Positions 56,760 through 64,000 of a stretch of 64,000 nt of DNA are shown here, in pieces. The notes below the pieces were generated by a model. That model was not told where the DNA came from and did no database searches. It saw only the letters and a list, made by a program, of their open reading frames with translations. The position numbers and the translations under genes were made by a program. Positions within the stretch are counted from its first letter, which is position 1. Each line of letters opens with the position of its first letter. Source of the DNA: Octopus bimaculoides (Eukaryota); the NCBI RefSeq assembly GCF_001194135.2, contig NC_068998.1, positions 50,092,364 through 50,156,363 of the forward strand. Direction: 5' to 3'.

Positions 56760-59700
56760 ATAAATCGTATTTTTGCAACAATAATGAATTAATTTTATAA
56801 TTTTGTAATTATGACACAACGTAATTTTTTTCTTCTTTTTTTGTTCTTCACTGAGAAAGTACAACTTACTAAATATTTCGATTTGGAAATTTAAAGAAAT
56901 GACAAATATTCCCTTCAAATGTTTGAACAGGATGACAATGTTTTGCTATAATCCAACATTCCATTGCATTTGAGACAGATGACGCCCTGAGTTGCTAAAG
57001 CAGTAATATAGTTGTAGCAAATAATCTGCAACATAACACAGATTTGCTTAAACATTTATGCATGTTCCTGAAGGTTACCAATACGTACGTCTTGCAGTTG
57101 TATATTTAAGAAACGAGGAATTATGTATAGTATTAATGTTATTTACATTTGACGGATATTTGTCCTCATTTTGTTTGTTGTTAATAGACAGAGAACGCCA
57201 CTGAAAAATACGAAAACTAAAAGAAGCAAGACATATGCTAGGACACAATAACCTCCTAAGCGGACTGAGTGCAGATATGAATAGCATATGGGATTGGTAT
57301 TAAAGAAAAATAGGAAAATATTAGATTTGTATAGGGATGAAGTGTGAAAATGATCTGGAAAAAATTGCATGCGTATTGTGTCATACATCGCACTATATCC
57401 TGACACACTTTCTTTCTATTTTATTTTCGCTATTAACCGTCCTCGTTACTCACCACGTATTTATGAAGAGGCCACGCACTATACGATGAAAAACATCTAG
57501 ATTTGCTCGTGGTCACTGAATTCTTAATCAAAATGCGACGATGATTTATTAATTCAACAATCAAACATCCACAAAATATTCATACTAAGAGACAGACAGA
57601 CGGACATAACGACCATTGTTGTAAGATGGGAAATATGCCCATCTTCGATGGGGAATTAAGGGATAATATTGCAAATCTAAACACTCTAAATTCATTAATT
57701 ATACAGGAGTGAAATCCAGAGTTATTCATCGACACCGGAATTTTAAGCATAGAAAGCAAAGGTGATTTATCAATACAAAACTCAAAATCCACTAAATAAT
57801 CACATCATTGCACATGTTTCCGCTAAAAGCCTACCTGATTATCTCCTTGATAATATTGAAAAACAACGTGACCATTGGTTCATCCATTTGATCATGAAGA
57901 GAGAAGACAGATGGACAGATGGACAGATAGACAGACGGAAATAATATCCATTAATAGTAAGATTTCATACGAAACATATATGTATAACAATTAAGATTTA
58001 TTTTGGCAATAAAATCATTTAATACTATTTCAGCAACAACAGAAAGCGCTGGATACCAAAGTGAACAATGGCCTGTGTTATTTATAAGCGTCATATAAAT
58101 CTCGGATGCATTGTTACAAATCTAACATCAAAATTCAATACAAGCATTGCACAAATAGCAAAACACAAGCAAGCTGTCACACTATACGTTTTAGCAGGAC
58201 ATGCAGGAGTTGCTAAAATAAATTCTTAAACATCCCACGCATAAATGTTTGCATGCTGTTTATATATGGAAATATAGAATGCACGTAAGCAGCATATACT
58301 ATGGTGCCAAGCCATAAATTTCTTCAATACTGCAAAATATACTTCTAATCTCCATTGTTAATACACACCTCAGATATTTCAAATGTTGCAAAAGGTTCCA
58401 TGATTATTTTGGTCATGGTTTGAAACGTTTTCTGTGGCTTATACTTTAAATACGACCACGTTACGGATAAGGTACATTTATTCTCTGTCTTGTATTGAGA
58501 GACACGTGTTGTAATTACTTCATTTACCTCGATGGTTTTGTTTTCGAAAGTAGCTGTCATTTTATTTAGTATAAATATAGTTTGTCTTAGAAATCTATAT
58601 TATACTCCTTATGTCCTGTATTGAGTAACGAATAATTTCCAAGATAACATTGCAACTGGTTTAGTAAGAATGTTATTGTCATTTAGTCTCAGGAAACATC
58701 GTCTCCAGGTCGCTATTCGTCACACTATCACTGTCCTTACATTTTCGAACAATGGATTTTAGCATGCCCACTCAGCGCAAATCGATATCTGTGTACTGCG
58801 AGTTCTGGTTTATTTCTCTTCGGCTTGAAGTGGCGCTGCAAATCTCTTGTTCGAAATACATAGTTTTCTTTCAAATATAACAAAAAATTAGCAGTGTCGC
58901 CTCTAGCAGAACAATTATTCCCAAAATCTCGAAACACTGATATCGTTTTGTGCTGTGTGGTGATGCTAAACTACCCCATCGTTCTTTCCTGTCCCCTGTC
59001 TGTCTTTTTTCCACTGAGATTCTTTTGTTTCTTCTCCCTTCTCATCACTCCTTTTGTTTCTTTCCCTCATTCTCTATTTTGTCTCCCTTCCAATCTGCCT
59101 CTTTGCTCACACGTGATTACTGGCCATTTCTATCATTTCTGTCTCTCCTAGACACGCCGTCCACATAGATTGACGTCATTTCTCTCACCCCCTACATAAT
59201 TTCTCTTCTACTATTTTCTTCTCTTATTTATTCTACATCCTTTCAGAACTTCTCCCTAGCGTTCCTAAACGTTTATCTTCGTCGATTTTTGACTCATTAT
59301 GTCCAATCTGTATTGTTTGTATCTTCGAAGCTCTTACTCACCATGAATTTTATATTTTTTAAAATTTGTGCATGCTGCTGTCTTCTGAAGTTTTCCTATC
59401 ATCTCGTTGAAAGGTAGAAAAACAGAGTAATAAAAAGTCGACAAATGAAGAGAAGTACGACTTCCTTTTTTATTTTGTGCCGTACTTCTTTCTGGTTGAG
59501 TGCTTGCTTGCTCTCTGGTTTATTTATTTTCCAACGTTGTTGATATCCTGTTGTTATTGTGTTTTTTTTTTATATTTTGTCCTGTACTTATCTCTCGTCC
59601 GGTTATGCGTTTTTAATTTATTGGTGATGTCCTGTACTTAATCTTAATGTTTTATTTGTACATATTTAAAAGTAAATGCCCAAGGTTTCTCAGATCTATA

Positions 59701-60086
59701 CTGCGTTCAAAATCTATATTCTCTTCTGAAATACATATGTCTATATATGTTATGTGTGTCTGTATGTGCATGTGTATTTGTGTAAGTTTATGAGCGGCGC
59801 CACCGCAGGAGCTCTGCATACGTGGATATTAATTTCTTTTAACTTCGCTTGAAGTTACATGTTGGGAAACACAAACATCTATAAAATACTTTTTCCCATT
59901 CTTCATCCCTGTAAGTGAATGAACTATTGTCACAATAGATCATAACAATACTTCAACCTATCGAATATGCAGTTAAGAACGTCATAAAAATTACAACGCG
60001 TTACAATATGCTACATTGTTTTAATCAACAGCACGTAGAAAAGAGTGTTACATCCTGATTAATGAAGTGTGCGAGACAAAATCAAG

Positions 60087-63000
60087 ATGAAAATTTCTGC
60101 ATTTATTTTTGTTCTCTATTTTGGTATGTTGCTATACTTTGATTATCTTTCTATGATTATTTAATTTAATGGTGCATTCAATGTACTTTGTTGTAAGAAT
60201 TGTTCTCCAGCGCATGACCAGTTCTCTTGCTGCATCTATTCGGAATTTATTGGCCCAGGGATAGAATAAACATTGAAATCACTAAATCATGCATCATCCC
60301 TACAGTTTTCCAACCCCCTTCGTTAGTGTTTCATATTTCTGTATCATATTATGCACTCATCTTTAATTCCACTATTTCATAGGACTCAGATTTCGAAACA
60401 TTGGGTCTCATTTTTTGCCTGGTTGACAATTACAACCTCTAAGCTTCCAGTCGAAATCCTTATACCATATTAAATAGGGAAGTCAGACTACAGCTTAAAT
60501 TTGTCAGTCACTTAGTTTCTGCTCATACTATTTCGCTGCTCTGGCAAACCCACATTTCTGTTATCATCCAATGATATATATAACAATATTATCGTGTCGT
60601 CTTTTGTACTTATACTTTGCCAAATTAGTGTATTCTGTTGCAGCATAGCTAACTGTGTTTTCGTTTCAAATGTTCTACATAATGATTGACCAATTCTAGA
60701 TTCCGCCTGGAACAGCGTTACATTTTTACTCTTCATAGAAAAACCCGTTTCGGACACAACACAATAACTGTCCCTACAGCTTCCTTAAACGAAACATTAT
60801 CCTATCTTATTTTCATTCAATTCTTTTTTATTCATTAAAACAAAAATATCATATTTTATCAATTTTCATTGTTTTTATGTTATTTTATTCATTTATTTCT
60901 GCTACTGTTATATTCATTCTTATATTTTATCTATTTATTATTTTCTGTTTTGTATCTTATTTGTTATTTTATTTCATTTTTTATCTAAGTTATTATTTCA
61001 TTATTTATTTTATTCTTTTTTTTTTTGTTATTTTATTACCGGGCGAAATGCTTAACGGTATTTGATCTGTCTTAACTTTCTCAGTATAAATTCCGCCGAA
61101 GTCGACGTTGCCTTTCATTCAGTACCAGTTGCATACTGATGCCGATCTAATCAACTGGCTCTCTCCCCGCAAATTTCTTCCCCAGATTACGAAAGTTATA
61201 TTTAATTTATTATATTTAACATTATTTAATTTTTATTATATTTGATTTAATTTAATCTTTTACGGCAAAATATACCGATACAATATGTAGTAGGCTAACA
61301 AGAGAAAGAGAGAGAGAGAGAGAGAATTATGGAGAGGGTGAAAGTTTCACACCACTGAAGACAATTCCAATTTAGACCCAGTGTTGGTGTCATCATCATA
61401 TATGTGCAGATTTAGTTTCGATGTGGAAGAAAATATTGTATTTCATGAACCCATTCATAATCTCATTTGAATAGAATATTTGATGTTTTAAATCATGAAA
61501 GTAATAATATTGTAAATATTGATTTCGTAGGGGTAGCCTTCTCCGACCATTGGAAGTGGTGTGAGGAAATGGGAAGGTCTCGTTGTCCAGATGGATATTT
61601 AGCTTCTAGAGGAAGTGACGTACGCTGTGAGTAAGTATCATCATACCTCTAAATATTCAATTACTTCACGTGTATAAAATTCATTTTCTCACAAACACAA
61701 TCTCATTTAATATATATGCAGCTACAGAGACATATATACACGTTTTAATACGAAGGTCTATAAACGAGGTGGTCCCGAAACGAAACAGGAATGTTGCAAT
61801 GTTATTTTATTATCTTAGTTTTACATATTTGCAACCTTATCACCTTTCAGGCATTCCCACCTTCAAAGCAATGCATCTGTACAGATGTGTTTTGCAGTGT
61901 TCGAAGCAGTGCTTGAACTCTTGCAAAATAATTCGATTTAACGCATCCTCCGGTTTTTCTTCACCTTTTCCATATCTGAAAATTCGGTAGCTCCAGCTTT
62001 CATCACCAGTGATGACCTTCGAAAAAAGAACCGGTTGAATTTCGAAACTGTGTACTAGAATCAAATCTCTCCTTCAAAATTTCCGATCAGTTTTATTAAG
62101 GTTCCGGCAGGAATGGAGTTGGGTGCATCCAGTAGACTGCATTTCCACGTTATCTGCAGGTCGGACGTTATTAGTTCTATTACATTTTGGTCCGAGAAGA
62201 TCGTCGTTGTCATCATATTATGGATGTGTACCGTGTGATTTGTGAAGCGGAGATCCAGGAAAAGTTTACTCTCTGTCAGGTGGAGCAGTATTTTCTCCAT
62301 AAAGTGCCTGTTTGTAAGGTGAAGCCGTAACTCTCGCACTGACATGGAGAAATTGACCTCAGAACATTCCATATTATTGATTGAAAAGTCTCTTAGAAAT
62401 ATGTGAAGGCTGTCACATATGTTGGTTTACATTTCTTTCATCTTTTTCAAACTCACTTCGAAAGAGTTCTCGTGATTTGGTACATTTGGTGAGTGATATT
62501 TTGTATATATTACTATTTTAATGGTAATATATTACAGCAGGTGAAATATATATGATGTCAATAGTGGCTACTTGCCTCATACATTTAGAGGCCTCAGAAG
62601 TGATTTCAGTGAATATATTGCTGATTGTAGTGGTCTTCTGTCCTGGGGATGGTTTCTCAGATCCAATGTATGATGAAGTCTATTTAGCTGTCTTCCAATC
62701 GTCCGTGCTATTACCGTCGCTGCCTGCATTGCATCTGCATATTCTTTCATTTTAGAAGCAGTGCGTGTGGCAAACATATATTTCCAGTTATAGATGTATG
62801 CCAGGCTGCGAGCATGTATTGCTAGAAACATTCCTGTCATGTTATCACCGAATCTACGTTCTCTCATCCTGCTACTTTACCTTTCTCAGTTCTGCTTCGC
62901 TGATTCACTAGATGGGTTGTCAGACCCGACAAACGACATTACCTTCACAATACTACCTACCACTTTACACTCATCTCTCCACTCACCACTTCTAATTCTG

Positions 63001-64000
63001 TTTCTCTGAAGCTGCTGGTCAGTCACATCCTCACTTTCCCTACACTGCCTCTCCTATTTCTTCTTGCTTTTCTTCTGATGCAACATTGTCCTCCAAACCT
63101 CAACGCCTTATGCCTCCATCCGAATGCATTCTACACTTAAATTTTTGTAATTATGATCTGAGAGTTTAGATGCTAGTCTCTCCACGAAGAAGAGGGAGGA
63201 ACGATTTACGATAATGTTTATATACATGCACTACTAATTGTATAGTCCTCAATGTTTGCACGCGCTATCTGGAAACATTGCAATTACATATTTTTTCAAA
63301 AATCGATGTTAAAGGTTACTTAATATTAATAGTGTGTAATATGTTCTCCAAAACCTGTTATAACTAGTATAAGGAAGTGTAGATACAAAAGCGATATTCA
63401 CAAACCAGTCAACACTGTTGGACACGACGGAAATGGGTGTCGCGCTAATTTTCTTCTTGCACACAAGGTAGTTATTTTATGAAATCTGAAAGCAGGAATA
63501 CCAAATTCTCTTCTTATTATTTTCTAAACATAACATATATAATTGTCAAATAAAAGTATATAAAATTATTAGATGGATGCAGTTGACGGTGATTGCATCC
63601 ATAACCCTTCCGTTCATTTTATTGCTGATACTCTACTCCCTCATCGTCACGACTGACCTATCACAGTTCTACATCCTCCACCATCTCTGATTACCTACAT
63701 GTATTGACAAACCCAACAACGACAAATTCACAATACTATCCATTACATCCCTCTCATGTCATGACTAACCATTTCTAATTCTGTTTCTCTCAATCCCCTG
63801 GTTACTCACCTCCTCGCTCTTCCTACACAGCCTCTCCTTTCTCTTCTAGCATATCCTCTACTGCAACACTCTCCAAAAATTTTGAATGTTCGCCTATTAA
63901 AGAAATGTCATTTCGTTTCATTTCAGGGGTTTCTTCAAATTTATGAAATGCTTTCAATGGTATGACAGAAAATGTGTCGAGTACTTTGGATACCACTCTC
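60087..64000 (+). CDS. Gene J (3'-partial): family member running off the window
   Basis: Exons 60087-60123, 61531-61630, 63927->64000: MKISAFIFVLYFGVAFSDHWKWCEEMGRSRCPDGYLASRGSDVRCEGFFKFMKCFQWYDRKCVEYFGYHS... Confidence 0.88.
61035..61185 (+). mobile_element. SINE-like dispersed repeat (second family)
   Basis: CCGGGCGAAATGCTTAACGG...AAATTCCGCCGAAGTCGACGTTGCCTTTCAT matches the family. Confidence 0.6.
61745..62400 (-). mobile_element. Mariner transposase remnant in intron 2 of gene J
   Basis: Minus strand LFSKVITGDESWSY (first catalytic Asp motif) is fused by deletion to a C-terminal EFKHCFEHCKTHLYRCIALK; a TIR-like sequence lies near 61750-61790. Confidence 0.75.
62905..63100. repeat. Degenerate repeat, second copy at ~63685-63875
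   Basis: Shared ACAATACTA...TTCTAATTCTGTTTCTCT...CCTACAC.GCCTCTCC; possibly an old LINE fragment. Confidence 0.5.

Noticed and set aside
58345-58937. Two short minus-strand ORFs between genes I and J
   Set aside because: No family Cys pattern, splice pattern or recognisable domain.

Overview
AT-rich eukaryotic scaffold with many N-gaps, microsatellites, SINEs and Tc1/mariner remnants. The repeat content resembles an octopus (coleoid cephalopod) genome; this is inference. None of the supplied six-frame ORFs is a complete gene. Reading splice sites by hand reveals a head-to-tail (+ strand) array, spaced about 4-7.5 kb apart, of one small five-exon gene family with coding exons of about 27-100 bp and invariant intron phases 1-2-0-0. 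There are nine gene bodies, labelled B-J here: six look intact (C, D, E, G, H, I), two look damaged (B, F) and one runs off the window (J). There are also two orphan first exons, a duplicated last exon and a possible degenerate exon. Each gene encodes a 96-105 aa precursor: signal peptide, a ~55 aa mature domain with C-x7-C-x13-C-x8-C-x7/8-C-x9/11-C, a Ser/Gly-rich spacer and a hydrophobic C-terminal tail that looks like a GPI-anchor signal. The C-x8-C-x7-C core, with aromatic residues at +3/+6, recalls neuritin/CPG15 and the RGM N-terminal helical domain. The mature exons are much more divergent than the tail exon and alignable intron segments. Whether the family is already described needs a database search that I could not run.
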